Below are positions 55,468-64,000 of a stretch of 64,000 nt of DNA, one piece after another. Under the pieces are notes generated by a model that saw nothing but the letters and a program-made list of their open reading frames with translations, ran no database searches and was not told where the DNA came from. Every line of letters begins with the position of its first letter. The stretch's first letter is position 1. Both the position numbers and the translations under genes were made by a program. Origin of the DNA: Akkermansia sp. (GTDB taxonomy: Bacteria; Verrucomicrobiota; Verrucomicrobiia; Verrucomicrobiales; Akkermansiaceae); NCBI GenBank assembly GCA_017517805.1, contig JAFWYD010000089.1, forward strand, positions 26,887-90,886, in the 5' to 3' direction.

Positions 55468-55551
55468 GGCGGGATGTTAGCAGATTCCCCAGGGGTGTTC
55501 AAGTTTTATTCCGGCTCTGTTTCTCCTTTTGCGAGAGGCGGATGAGGCAGC

Positions 55552-55923
55552 TTAAAAGAAGTAACCGGATTCCTGGCTCCAGGCAGAGATGACGGCCTCC
55601 GCTGCAGGGGAAAGCCGGGGCTCCTCACCGGGGGCAGGGGTACATATCAGTGCCCGGTAGGTGTAGATGTTGGTTTTGTAGGGGGTGTAGAAGAATTGAG
55701 TGCCGGGCTGTGCGGCTTCCAGCCTTGCATTCAAATCGGCAAACAGCGAGGCCGGCATGGCGCCGCAGGTTTCCGTGTTGTCGTAGAAAGCGCAGAGTGA
55801 GAACCATTCGCCGTAGGTGCTGACTTCGGCATAACCGCCCATGCAGAGGAGCAGGGTACGCCCCACGCAGAAAAGCAGCCACGCGGCCAGTATGCTGCAA
55901 TATATCCGCTTCCAGATTTTCAT
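55552..55923 (-). CDS. Hypothetical small membrane-anchored or secreted protein
   Basis: 123 aa from MKIWKRIYCSILAAWLLFCV. 4-nt overlap with the upstream gene. Confidence 0.5.
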   Translation of the reverse strand: MKIWKRIYCSILAAWLLFCVGRTLLLCMGGYAEVSTYGEWFSLCAFYDNTETCGAMPASLFADLNARLEAAQPGTQFFYTPYKTNIYTYRALICTPAPGEEPRLSPAAEAVISAWSQESGYFF

Positions 55924-56318
55924 GGCATACTCCCTCCATTTCTGTTCAGTCCGGCTCGCCATTTCTGAATCACGGCATCGACTGCCGGTGCTGGTTCGCC
56001 GTCCCAGACCAGAGCGGGGCAGGAGTGCACCAGTTCCAGCCCGCCCGCTGCAGTGGGAACCGCCAGATAATGTTCTTCGTGATACAGCATGACACTCCAT
56101 GTGATGTGCCAGCGGCTTCTGCTGCAGCTCTCCAGTTCCTGGTTCAGACTGGCTACCTCATCCATGGTTAACGGCCGCTGGGGTAGCCCCGTCACCGGGG
56201 TGCGTTCCACCTTATACGGTGCGGGTGAAAAACAAAGCAGCAGACAGCCACCCACCCACACCACTGGTGCGGCCATTACCCAGGCTAGTCTGCGGAGCCA
56301 ATTCTTCACGCTCGTCAT
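55920..56318 (-). CDS. Hypothetical small membrane-anchored protein
   Basis: 132 aa. N-terminal TM helix (LAWVMAAPVVWVGGCLLLCF). Translationally coupled to the next gene. Confidence 0.5.
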   Translation of the reverse strand: MTSVKNWLRRLAWVMAAPVVWVGGCLLLCFSPAPYKVERTPVTGLPQRPLTMDEVASLNQELESCSRSRWHITWSVMLYHEEHYLAVPTAAGGLELVHSCPALVWDGEPAPAVDAVIQKWRAGLNRNGGSMP

Positions 56319-56461
56319 CCTACCATGTCCAGCCAGTTGGGGTCAAGGCAGATTTCGACAGAATGGGCGCCCGATAAATGGGAAATTGTCGCTCTTTTTA
56401 CTCAAACTTTGGTACACGCGTGTTGCAAAATGGGGGCCAGTGTGGTAGACTGGGCGGCGAC

Positions 56462-57097
56462 ATGAAGTTTCTCATCACAGCCGGGCCCACGCGCGAGGCG
56501 CTGGACCCCGTGCGTTATCTCACCAACCGCTCTTCCGGCCGCATGGGCTATGCGCTGGCCGGGGCTGCCCGCCACGAGGGGCACGAGGTCATCCTCATTT
56601 CCGGCCCCACCACGCTGGATGTGCCTGCCGGGGTGGATTTCATACCGGTGGAAAGCGCGCAGCAGATGTATGATGCTGTGCGTGATATGGTGAAATATGC
56701 CGATGCGGCCATCCTCTGCGCAGCGGTGGCCGATTACCGCCCGGTGGCGGTGCAGGAACAGAAAATCAAGAAGAGCGGCGAGCGCATGGTCATCGAGCTG
56801 GAAAAGACTCCCGATATCCTGGGCAGCATGCGCGATGAATTCGGCTTCACCGGTACGCTGGTGGGCTTTGCCGCCGAGACGCAGAATGTGGAGGAATACG
56901 CGCAGGATAAACTGCGCCGCAAGAAGTGCGATATGATTGTGGCGAATGATGTTTCGCGCCGCGATATCGGCTTTGATTCCCGCGAGAATGAGGTGGCCCT
57001 GGTCTACCCCGACCGCGTGGAGTATCTGGAAAAGGACACAAAGGAGCATATCGCCCTGCACATCATCGAACACGCCACCCTGATTCGCCGCGCATGA
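56462..57097 (+). CDS. coaB: Phosphopantothenate--cysteine ligase, stand-alone CoaB domain
   Basis: Starts MKFLITAGPTREALDPVRYLTNRSSGRMG (CoaB signature), with AAVADYRP and KIKK. No N-terminal flavoprotein (CoaC) domain within the ORF. Confidence 0.85.
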   Translation: MKFLITAGPTREALDPVRYLTNRSSGRMGYALAGAARHEGHEVILISGPTTLDVPAGVDFIPVESAQQMYDAVRDMVKYADAAILCAAVADYRPVAVQEQKIKKSGERMVIELEKTPDILGSMRDEFGFTGTLVGFAAETQNVEEYAQDKLRRKKCDMIVANDVSRRDIGFDSRENEVALVYPDRVEYLEKDTKEHIALHIIEHATLIRRA

Positions 57098-58218
57098 AGG
57101 TAACCATGGAGATGCTGGGCTGGGGCCCGGATTATGCGGAGGCTCTGGCGGCGCTGGGACACCCGGAGTGGTACCCCGCCCGCATCATCCGCGAGACCAA
57201 GATTAATTTCACTGTGATTGCCAAGGGCAAGGGTGACCACGAGGTTGTGCTCTCCGGCAAGGTGTGGCACGATGCCGTCTCCGATGCCGATCTGCCCACC
57301 GTGGGCGACTGGGTGGCGGTGGACCCGGGGCAGGGCAAGGATCTGCCCGTCATCCGTGCCATGCTGCCGCGTCGCAACAGATTTTCCCGCAAGGCTCCCG
57401 GCCGCAGCTGCGCCGAGCAGGTCATCGGGGCGAATGTGGATATGGTGGTCGTCATCACCGATGCTGAGAGCGATTATAATCCCCGCCGCATTGAACGCTA
57501 CCTGACCCTCATCCGCAAGAGTGGGGCAGAGGCTGTGGTGCTGGTGAACAAGGCCGACACCGCCCCGGAGGAGGATATGAAGCGTGCGGTGGAAGAAATC
57601 CGCGCCCTGGGTTGCAGCGAGGTCTACCCCATCGTTGCCCGCTGGCGCAAGGGCTATCCCCAGTATCTCCGCCGTGTGCCCAAAGGCCGCACCATCACCG
57701 TGGTGGGGTCCTCCGGCGTTGGCAAGAGCACCTTTGTGAACAGCCTGCTGGGCGATGAATGGCTTGAAACCGGCCACGTGAACGAAGTCACCGGCAAGGG
57801 CCGCCACACCACCGTCGCGCGCGAACTCGTCATCCTGGCAGGCGGCGGCGTGCTTATCGATAACCCTGGCATGCGCGAAATCCACATGTGGACCGATGCC
57901 GCCACCCTCCGCGCCCAGTTTGCTGACCTGAATGAGCTGGAAAGCCAGTGCCGCTTTGCCGACTGTTCGCACCGCAAGGATGCCGGCTGCGCCATCCGCG
58001 CCGCCCTGGAGAATGGCACCCTCACCCAGGAACGCTACGAGCATTTCTTGAACCTCGATGCCGAAATTGCCGAACTCGAGCGCCGGAATGAAAAGCGCCA
58101 GATGACCCTGGAGCGCGTGAACCGCCGCGAAAAGCGCCACCAGATGCGCAATCGGGAAGACCGCGAAGATCACCGCCGGAACATGAATCCCCACCGAAGA
58201 CAATACTATTTGGAGTGA
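57094..58218 (+). CDS. rsgA: Ribosome small subunit-dependent GTPase A
   Basis: Circularly permuted GTPase: NKAD before GSSGVGKST. Zn-finger CRFADCSHRKDAGCA. ATGA overlap with coaB. Long basic C-terminal tail. Confidence 0.92.
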   Translation: MKVTMEMLGWGPDYAEALAALGHPEWYPARIIRETKINFTVIAKGKGDHEVVLSGKVWHDAVSDADLPTVGDWVAVDPGQGKDLPVIRAMLPRRNRFSRKAPGRSCAEQVIGANVDMVVVITDAESDYNPRRIERYLTLIRKSGAEAVVLVNKADTAPEEDMKRAVEEIRALGCSEVYPIVARWRKGYPQYLRRVPKGRTITVVGSSGVGKSTFVNSLLGDEWLETGHVNEVTGKGRHTTVARELVILAGGGVLIDNPGMREIHMWTDAATLRAQFADLNELESQCRFADCSHRKDAGCAIRAALENGTLTQERYEHFLNLDAEIAELERRNEKRQMTLERVNRREKRHQMRNREDREDHRRNMNPHRRQYYLE

Positions 58219-58246
58219 TTAGGGATGAATGATTAGTGATTAAGAT

Positions 58247-59128
58247 TTAGTTAGACTGCTGGCGCACGGTTTCGCGCGCCTCTTTGGCGGCGATGAGCCA
58301 TTGGCGGACGCCCTCTTTGTCCTGGGATTCGAGGAGGTCGATGAGGTGGTGCAGGTCGTTCACGCAGTCGTGCAGGGCGGCACGCACAGCCACATCGTTT
58401 TCCCAGAGGATGTCGGCCCACATGTTGGCACCGCCGGAGCAGACGCGGGTGGTATCGCGGAAGCCGCTGGCGGCGAGGCGCTGCAGGTCCTCCATGGGTT
58501 CCTGCCCCAGGGTGGCACCGCGGGCGCAGAGGGCGGCCAGGATGTGCGGGCAATGCGAGATGCGGGCCACGGTACGGTCGTGGTTCACCGGGTCCATCAC
58601 GTAGGTGCTGGTGCCCAGGGCTTCCCAGAAGGCGGCGAGTTGCCGGACTTTTGCCTCCGGTGCGCCGTGCGGGTTGGTGAGGGCTACGGTGGCTCCTTTG
58701 ATGAGGTCTGCGCTGGCGTTTTCAATGCCCTGGGTTTCGGCACCCGCCATGGGGTGCGAGCCGATGAAGCAGCGGCCGCGGTTGGTGAGCATACTGCCGG
58801 TAGTCCGGTGTACGTAGGCTTTCACCGAACCGATGTCGGTGATGATGGCTTCTTTCGATACGGCAGAGAGGATGTAGCGGGAAAGTTCTTCGAAGGCACC
58901 GATGGGGGTGGCCAGGATGATGAGTCCGGCTCCGCGGGCGGCTTCGCGGGCATCGGTGAAGGTGTGCTGGGTGATGCCGCGCTCGTGTACAAAGTCGAGC
59001 GGTTGCTGTCGGCGCGCCCAGATGCGCAGTTCGCAGCCGGGCAGGTGCTGGTGCACAGCCATGGCGATGGAGCCGCCGAGCAGGCCTGGCCCCAGGATGC
59101 ACACGGATTGGAAAGGCAACTCAGCCAT
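58247..59128 (-). CDS. tyrA: Prephenate/arogenate dehydrogenase
   Basis: 293 aa. Rossmann ILGPGLLGGSIA, and GSHPMAG catalytic block. Confidence 0.88.
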   Translation of the reverse strand: MAELPFQSVCILGPGLLGGSIAMAVHQHLPGCELRIWARRQQPLDFVHERGITQHTFTDAREAARGAGLIILATPIGAFEELSRYILSAVSKEAIITDIGSVKAYVHRTTGSMLTNRGRCFIGSHPMAGAETQGIENASADLIKGATVALTNPHGAPEAKVRQLAAFWEALGTSTYVMDPVNHDRTVARISHCPHILAALCARGATLGQEPMEDLQRLAASGFRDTTRVCSGGANMWADILWENDVAVRAALHDCVNDLHHLIDLLESQDKEGVRQWLIAAKEARETVRQQSN

Positions 59129-59131
59129 GCG

Positions 59132-59731
59132 TTACGGCACGTAGAAGTGGAAGTTGGTGCCTCTCACCTTCAGCTCCTTGCCGCTGGGGTAGGGATTGCC
59201 GTTCTTATCGACCACGCGGATGGTTTTGCTGGGGTTGAGCGGATTGTATACGCGGGTCGGGTCGCCAGGCACGCGAGTGGCCACGGGGATGGGGCCGGTA
59301 TTGGTAATCTTGCTCATGTCCACCGGCTTACTGGCAGCAGGCGCGGGTGCCGGGGTCTTGCTGGCGCTGGTGACCGGCTGGAGCACGGGGGTAGCGGGTT
59401 TCTTCACCTGCGGCACCGGTGCGGGGGCTGGAATCGAGGGCCGGGCCGGTGCGGGTGCGCTTACCACAGGTGCCGGTCCGATAGGCTGGGTCAAATCCAG
59501 CGGGGTATTCGGATTCGGCGCGGCGGTCGGTTCCGGGATGCTGGGCCCCTGGGGAGCTACCGGTGTGTAGTTGATACCCGTGGGCGGGGTGGTTCTCCAG
59601 GTGTCCGGATAGGTGCGCCCTGCCGTTCCTTCGTAGGGCATATCAGGTACAGTCTGTGTGACGTATACACACGAACTGAGCATGCAGCCGGTGAGCGACA
59701 AGAGCAGGATGGATCGTCTGGAGTTGTTCAT
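59132..59731 (-). CDS. Hypothetical proline-rich lipoprotein
   Basis: Signal/lipobox MNNSRRSILLLSLTGC. A Pro/Ala/Thr-rich linker, then a conserved-looking tail of about 60 aa. 3 nt upstream of tyrA. Confidence 0.6.
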   Translation of the reverse strand: MNNSRRSILLLSLTGCMLSSCVYVTQTVPDMPYEGTAGRTYPDTWRTTPPTGINYTPVAPQGPSIPEPTAAPNPNTPLDLTQPIGPAPVVSAPAPARPSIPAPAPVPQVKKPATPVLQPVTSASKTPAPAPAASKPVDMSKITNTGPIPVATRVPGDPTRVYNPLNPSKTIRVVDKNGNPYPSGKELKVRGTNFHFYVP

Positions 59732-59895
59732 GGGAAAAACGGTGAGGGTTTCTTTAGGATAAGTTAAGTCTAATTAGTGAAAATGTCAACTTCAAAACGC
59801 GTATGAATGCATTTGCTGTTGCATAATTCAGGCTTTGGTGGAAGATTTGCTGCTTCGGACTTGAAAAACGCCCCGGGAGGGAGTAAAGTTAGCTC

Positions 59896-61638
59896 ATGAG
59901 CACGCTTCATTGCCCGAGTCTGTACCAGTATACGCGCCGCCTTACCCGCGAGGTGATGGTGGGAAATGTGGGAATTGGAGGAGCCAATCCCATCCGCATC
60001 CAGTCCATGCTGACCAGTGATACGCTGGATACCGCAGGTTGCGTGCGTGAATCGCTGGCTCTGGCCGAGGCCGGGTGCGAAATCATCCGCCTGACTGCGC
60101 AGACCAAGGTGTATGCCGCTAATCTGGAGAACATTGCCCGCGAGCTTCGCGCCGCCGGGTGCAACGTGCCTCTGGTGGCCGATATCCATTTCAAACCCGA
60201 TGCCGCCATGGAGGCCGCCAAGTGGGTGGAGAAAATCCGCGTGAATCCCGGCAACTTCGTGGATAAGAAGAAGTTTGTGGAGCGAGACTATACGGATTAC
60301 GAGTACGAGGAGGAAATCGAAAAAATCCGCACGGCGTTCACGCCTCTGGTGCTTTTCTGCAAGGAACATGGCCGCGCCATGCGCCTGGGGGCTAACCACG
60401 GCTCCCTTTCCGACCGCATCCTGAACCGCTATGGCGATACGCCCGATGGCATGGTGGAAAGTGCGCTGGAGTTTGCCCGCATTGCCCGCGAGCTGGATTA
60501 CCACCAGTTGGTGTTCTCCATGAAGTCCTCCAACGTGAAGGTGATGATTCAGGCCTACCGCCTGCTGGTGAAGCGCCTGGCCGAGGAGGGGGGCGACTGG
60601 AACTACCCTATCCACCTGGGCGTGACCGAGGCTGGCGAGGGCGAGGATGCCCGCATCAAGAGCGCCACCGGCGTGGGTTCCCTGCTGGCCGATGGCATTG
60701 GCGATACCCTGCGTGTCTCCCTGACCGAGGACCCGGTGTTTGAGATTGCCCCCGGTTTTGAGCTGGCCGCCCCCTACCAGCCGGGCGTGGCCGTTCCCGC
60801 CGCTCCGCTGGCTGTGGAGGCTCCGGATGCCTTTAACCCCTTTGAATTCAATAAGCGCAAGGCCGAGGTCATCACTCGCGGTGGTGTGAGTCTGGGCTGG
60901 AATGAACCGGTGCGCGTGGTGCTGCCGGAATCTGCCTGCAAGGCACTAGACCCCGTTGTGATGAAGGATTTCATGCCGGAAATCTCGTATGAGGATTGCG
61001 CCCCGGTGGAGCTCGACCCGCGCGATACCGCCGCCACCGCTGCCCTGGCTGAGGCTCCCGCCACGCTGGTCACGGTGAAGGATGGTATCGATATGCCGGT
61101 GGTGCAGGCCTTCCGTCTGCTGGCTGCCGTCATTCCGACCCGCCACAGCATCCTGCTCAAGGATACCCTCTGCAACGGGCTGGATTCCCTCTCTGCCCCC
61201 ATGGCCGGTGGTGTGAATGCTGGTGCGCTGCTCTGCGATGGCATCGGTAATGCCGTGCTCGTGCGCCGCGAGGCCGACCCCGACAAGGCTGCCCGCCTGG
61301 GCTTCAACATTCTGCAGGCTGCCGGTGTGCGCCTGAGCAAGACCGAGTACGTTTCCTGCCCGTCCTGCGGCCGCACGCACTACAACATCCAGGAAGCTGC
61401 CGCCCGCATCCGCGAGGCCACCGGCCACCTGAAGGGCGTGAAGATTGCCATCATGGGCTGCATCGTGAACGGTCCCGGCGAAATGAGCGATGCCGATTTC
61501 GGCTACGTAGGCGGCGCGCCGAACAAGATTAACCTCTATGTGGGACACACCCCGGTGGTCATGAACATCCCGCAGGAGGAAGCCGTGCAGCACCTCGTGC
61601 AGCTTATCAAGGACCACGGCCGCTGGGTTGAGCCCTGA
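59896..61638 (+). CDS. ispG: 4-hydroxy-3-methylbut-2-enyl diphosphate synthase (long form with inserted domain)
   Basis: 580 aa. IRIQSMLTSDT, RVNPGN, and a C-terminal Fe-S motif SCPSCGRT...GC.VNGPGE. Length implies the extra central domain seen in long IspG proteins. Confidence 0.93.
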   Translation: MSTLHCPSLYQYTRRLTREVMVGNVGIGGANPIRIQSMLTSDTLDTAGCVRESLALAEAGCEIIRLTAQTKVYAANLENIARELRAAGCNVPLVADIHFKPDAAMEAAKWVEKIRVNPGNFVDKKKFVERDYTDYEYEEEIEKIRTAFTPLVLFCKEHGRAMRLGANHGSLSDRILNRYGDTPDGMVESALEFARIARELDYHQLVFSMKSSNVKVMIQAYRLLVKRLAEEGGDWNYPIHLGVTEAGEGEDARIKSATGVGSLLADGIGDTLRVSLTEDPVFEIAPGFELAAPYQPGVAVPAAPLAVEAPDAFNPFEFNKRKAEVITRGGVSLGWNEPVRVVLPESACKALDPVVMKDFMPEISYEDCAPVELDPRDTAATAALAEAPATLVTVKDGIDMPVVQAFRLLAAVIPTRHSILLKDTLCNGLDSLSAPMAGGVNAGALLCDGIGNAVLVRREADPDKAARLGFNILQAAGVRLSKTEYVSCPSCGRTHYNIQEAAARIREATGHLKGVKIAIMGCIVNGPGEMSDADFGYVGGAPNKINLYVGHTPVVMNIPQEEAVQHLVQLIKDHGRWVEP

Positions 61639-61671
61639 GTCTGTGGGGTAGTGTAAATATTCTCATGCTGG

Positions 61672-61711
61672 AAAACAATATCCCACCCTTTTCGGGGTGG
61701 GATATTGTTTT
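61672..61711. terminator. Bidirectional terminator between ispG (+) and the PEP-CTERM gene (-)
   Basis: Perfect 17-bp stem aaaacaatatcccaccc/gggtgggatattgtttt, with A-run and T-run built into both arms. Confidence 0.85.
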
Positions 61712-61762
61712 CTTATAGATTAAGGAGCAGAGACCCAGATTCCTGCTCCCGGAGATGCTGAT

Positions 61763-64000
61763 TTATTTTCTGCGGCGGCGGGCGGCAAGCGCGGCCAGTG
61801 CCAGCATACTGAGAGCCGAGGTGGCCGGCTCCGGCACCATGGCGTTGAAGGTGACCATAAGGCCTACATCTCCCGTTGTCCAGCTGTAGTTGACAGCGCC
61901 ATTCGTATCCCATTTCGTGTTACTGAGAGATATGGCCGGTGTTGCATCAGCCGCGGCGAATCCTTCCAGCACAATGGTTATGGCGTATTGATCATAGGCC
62001 ACAGGCGGCAGAGCCAGAGCTGCGGCATCCAGCAGCAGATCGGCACCACCGGCCAGGGTAAAGCCTGCAAGCTGCGAAGTGGTGTAAATTATGGTCCCTG
62101 CCTGGGTGTCTACTTGCATCGGGTTATTGGCCAGGGTGAGAACATTTCCCTGACCTGCGAGAAGGTGCATGCCTGAGCCATCACCTTTCACGGCAGAGGC
62201 GGCATCAAACGATACGTTGGAGAGGGTTACTCCGGAACCTGCCATGGCCGTCAGGGTTGTGTTCACGAAGTCGATATTGCTCACGGCGTAGGAAGCGGCG
62301 GCGCTCACAGCGTTGGCTTCGTCTATTGTGAGGAATGCTGCTACTGCGGTGTCATCACCAAGAATTACTGCAGCATTCTCCATCAGACCGCGGGTTTCAC
62401 CGTTCTGGTTGTTTTCATGCAGTGCCAGCCCGGTATCGGTCACGTCCACCGCCTTCAGCTGAGCCTGAGCTCCCTTGTGGGCTGTCACGGTCACGCGGGC
62501 GGTGCCATTCTCCTGCTGTGCCACCAGGGTGGAGGAATTCGAGAGTTTCACCGTATCCGCCTGAATCCCGTTGCGGAAAATGGTCTCATAGCCGCTGTTG
62601 TCAATCTCGACATTCAGAGTGCGGGTTGCTTCGGTGTACCAGGTAGGCGCATCTTTCACAACTCCGGAGAATACGACCGTATCGGCATTCTGCACCTTCA
62701 GATTCAGCACACTGCCGGAGCCGGTATCGGCCGCGCGCACATCCGTGGCAATCTGTTTGGCATCTCCGCTGTAAGTCAGGTTCAGCGTGCCCTTGTTAGA
62801 AACAATCTGGCCCTTCCAGCCGCTGACATCGCCGGAGAATTCATAGCTGTGCTCCGCAGCGGCATCGTTGATGAAGTTCACCGCATTTTCTGATGAAACA
62901 GCACCCTCGAACCGCACAGAATCCCCGGCCGTGGCAGAATTAATGACCATGGCTGCAATGCCATTACCGGCTGCCAGTACCACATCCGCCTCTACCGTTT
63001 TCTCTCCGGCGGCCAGGCTGCCCTGCACGCTCTGCAGGCGGATGCTGGAGCCGCGCTCGCCCAGACCGGCCAGGTTCAGATTGGTCATCGTGGTGTAGCT
63101 ATTATCGCCATCACCCACGCGCACCTGCCCCTTCCAGTTGGAAAGGGTGGCATTCATGGCGGTGCTGTTGCCAAGATTGTATGCACCCTCGCCGGAAAGA
63201 ATCATGGTGTGTTCCAACCCGCTGAGCGCAGAGGCCTCCAGGGTTACCCCGGCAGCCAGCTCCAGCGTGGTGCTGGCGGTGGAGGCCAGCGTCACACCAT
63301 CAGCCAGATTCTTGGTCAGATGCATGGTGCCGCCATCCAGCGAAATAGCATGGCTGGCAGAGTTATCCACCGCCTCACCATAGGTGAAGTTGTCGCGCAC
63401 ATGCCACACATTGTCACTGCCGCTCACGGTGAGATAGAGCGCGCCATCCTCCCAGCTGAGTCCCTTCTCAGCATTGGCAAAGGCTGAGGCATTGCCTGAC
63501 ATTACCTTGTACTTGCCGTCAATGAGATCGTCGGAATTGACATTGAAGTTCACGCTGCTGAGGCTTCCTGCGAGGCTGGAGCCGAGTGTGAGAGCCGCGT
63601 TGCTGAGGTTCGAGGCATCGAGCGTGATATTGAGGTCTGCTCCTTCATAGAAATAGAGCTGGCCGGTCACACTGCTGCTGCCGCTGACATTCAGAGCAGA
63701 ATTGGAAACAATGTAGACATTTCCCTTCACCTCGCCGGAATTCAATTCAATAGCAGCACCCGCAGCAGTAGAAAGCTGAGAAGTCTGGACGATGGCTGAA
63801 TCTGCAATTTCCAGCACACCGCCCTGCACAGTAAGCGCCTGGCCGAAAACGCTGGTGCGCGAGGCTGTCACATCGTAATTACCCCCGCGCGCTGCCAGGT
63901 CAGCCTCCGCGTATTTACCGGAGAACGTGATGCGCCCTGCGCCACCATCGTTTAATGATACAGCAACGCGACTGTCGCGTGCATTGATGGTATCATAAAA
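61763..64000 (-). CDS. PEP-CTERM-anchored repetitive surface protein (5' end beyond the window)
   Basis: C-terminus MVPEPATSALSMLALAALAARRRRK. PATR-like G(T/S)L.L....(G/N) beta-helical repeats. The frame stays open from the ORF-track GTG at 63871 to the window end, so the gene is truncated here. Confidence 0.8.
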   Translation of the reverse strand, partial: FYDTINARDSRVAVSLNDGGAGRITFSGKYAEADLAARGGNYDVTASRTSVFGQALTVQGGVLEIADSAIVQTSQLSTAAGAAIELNSGEVKGNVYIVSNSALNVSGSSSVTGQLYFYEGADLNITLDASNLSNAALTLGSSLAGSLSSVNFNVNSDDLIDGKYKVMSGNASAFANAEKGLSWEDGALYLTVSGSDNVWHVRDNFTYGEAVDNSASHAISLDGGTMHLTKNLADGVTLASTASTTLELAAGVTLEASALSGLEHTMILSGEGAYNLGNSTAMNATLSNWKGQVRVGDGDNSYTTMTNLNLAGLGERGSSIRLQSVQGSLAAGEKTVEADVVLAAGNGIAAMVINSATAGDSVRFEGAVSSENAVNFINDAAAEHSYEFSGDVSGWKGQIVSNKGTLNLTYSGDAKQIATDVRAADTGSGSVLNLKVQNADTVVFSGVVKDAPTWYTEATRTLNVEIDNSGYETIFRNGIQADTVKLSNSSTLVAQQENGTARVTVTAHKGAQAQLKAVDVTDTGLALHENNQNGETRGLMENAAVILGDDTAVAAFLTIDEANAVSAAASYAVSNIDFVNTTLTAMAGSGVTLSNVSFDAASAVKGDGSGMHLLAGQGNVLTLANNPMQVDTQAGTIIYTTSQLAGFTLAGGADLLLDAAALALPPVAYDQYAITIVLEGFAAADATPAISLSNTKWDTNGAVNYSWTTGDVGLMVTFNAMVPEPATSALSMLALAALAARRRRK

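Noticed and set aside
58301-59767. 488-aa plus-strand ORF, and 57004-58203 minus-strand 399-aa ORF
   Set aside because: They lie antisense to tyrA plus the lipoprotein gene, and to rsgA, respectively. Both have Gly/Ala/Arg/His-rich low-complexity translations, while the opposite strands carry clear family motifs.

Overview
By eye this is a GC-rich chromosomal segment with one clearly AT-richer islet at about 52.8-54.7 kb. It looks like core genome of a Verrucomicrobiota (Akkermansia-like) bacterium. That placement is an inference from two PEP-CTERM surface proteins, Pmp/PATR-type repeats, a PilX/GspK-like giant protein, mucin-type glycan genes (nagB, GH18) and mostly Shine-Dalgarno-poor starts. 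I can support about 50 CDS, 4 tRNAs (Thr-CGT, 2x Lys-CTT, Pro-GGG), several near-consensus sigma70-type promoters and a set of clear rho-independent terminators.

Housekeeping content:
- hemW, nagB, aspS, parB, efp, kdsD, rpsF, recO, xseB, argC, pncC/cinA, polA, coaB, rsgA and tyrA.
- The MEP-pathway genes dxs, ispF and ispG.

Accessory-looking content:
- A Yej/Opp-type peptide importer.
- An ECF sigma/anti-sigma/PDZ module.
- A heterodimeric ABC exporter followed by two small paralogous lipoproteins.
- An autotransporter.
- A PEP-CTERM protein / GH18 / roughly 1250-aa pseudopilin-anchored protein block.
- A GtrA-GT2-GT-C glycosylation module.
- A small secreted His-rich repeat peptide.
- A run of unannotatable small membrane or secreted proteins.

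I found no integrase, transposase, CRISPR array, reverse transcriptase or recognisable defence, toxin-antitoxin or phage genes, so I cannot name a clear-cut new multi-gene system.

The least explained signals:
1. A 413-nt non-coding gap after tRNA-Pro. It holds two decayed tRNA-Pro-derived fragments in inverted orientation around a GC-rich multi-hairpin core.
2. A duplicated element at the left window edge, made of four different mini-hairpins threaded on an invariant 9-mer.
3. The His-rich tandem-repeat peptide.
4. A secreted ankyrin + Tlde1/YkuD-like protein.

All family calls come from motif and pattern recognition on the supplied translations. No database search was run.
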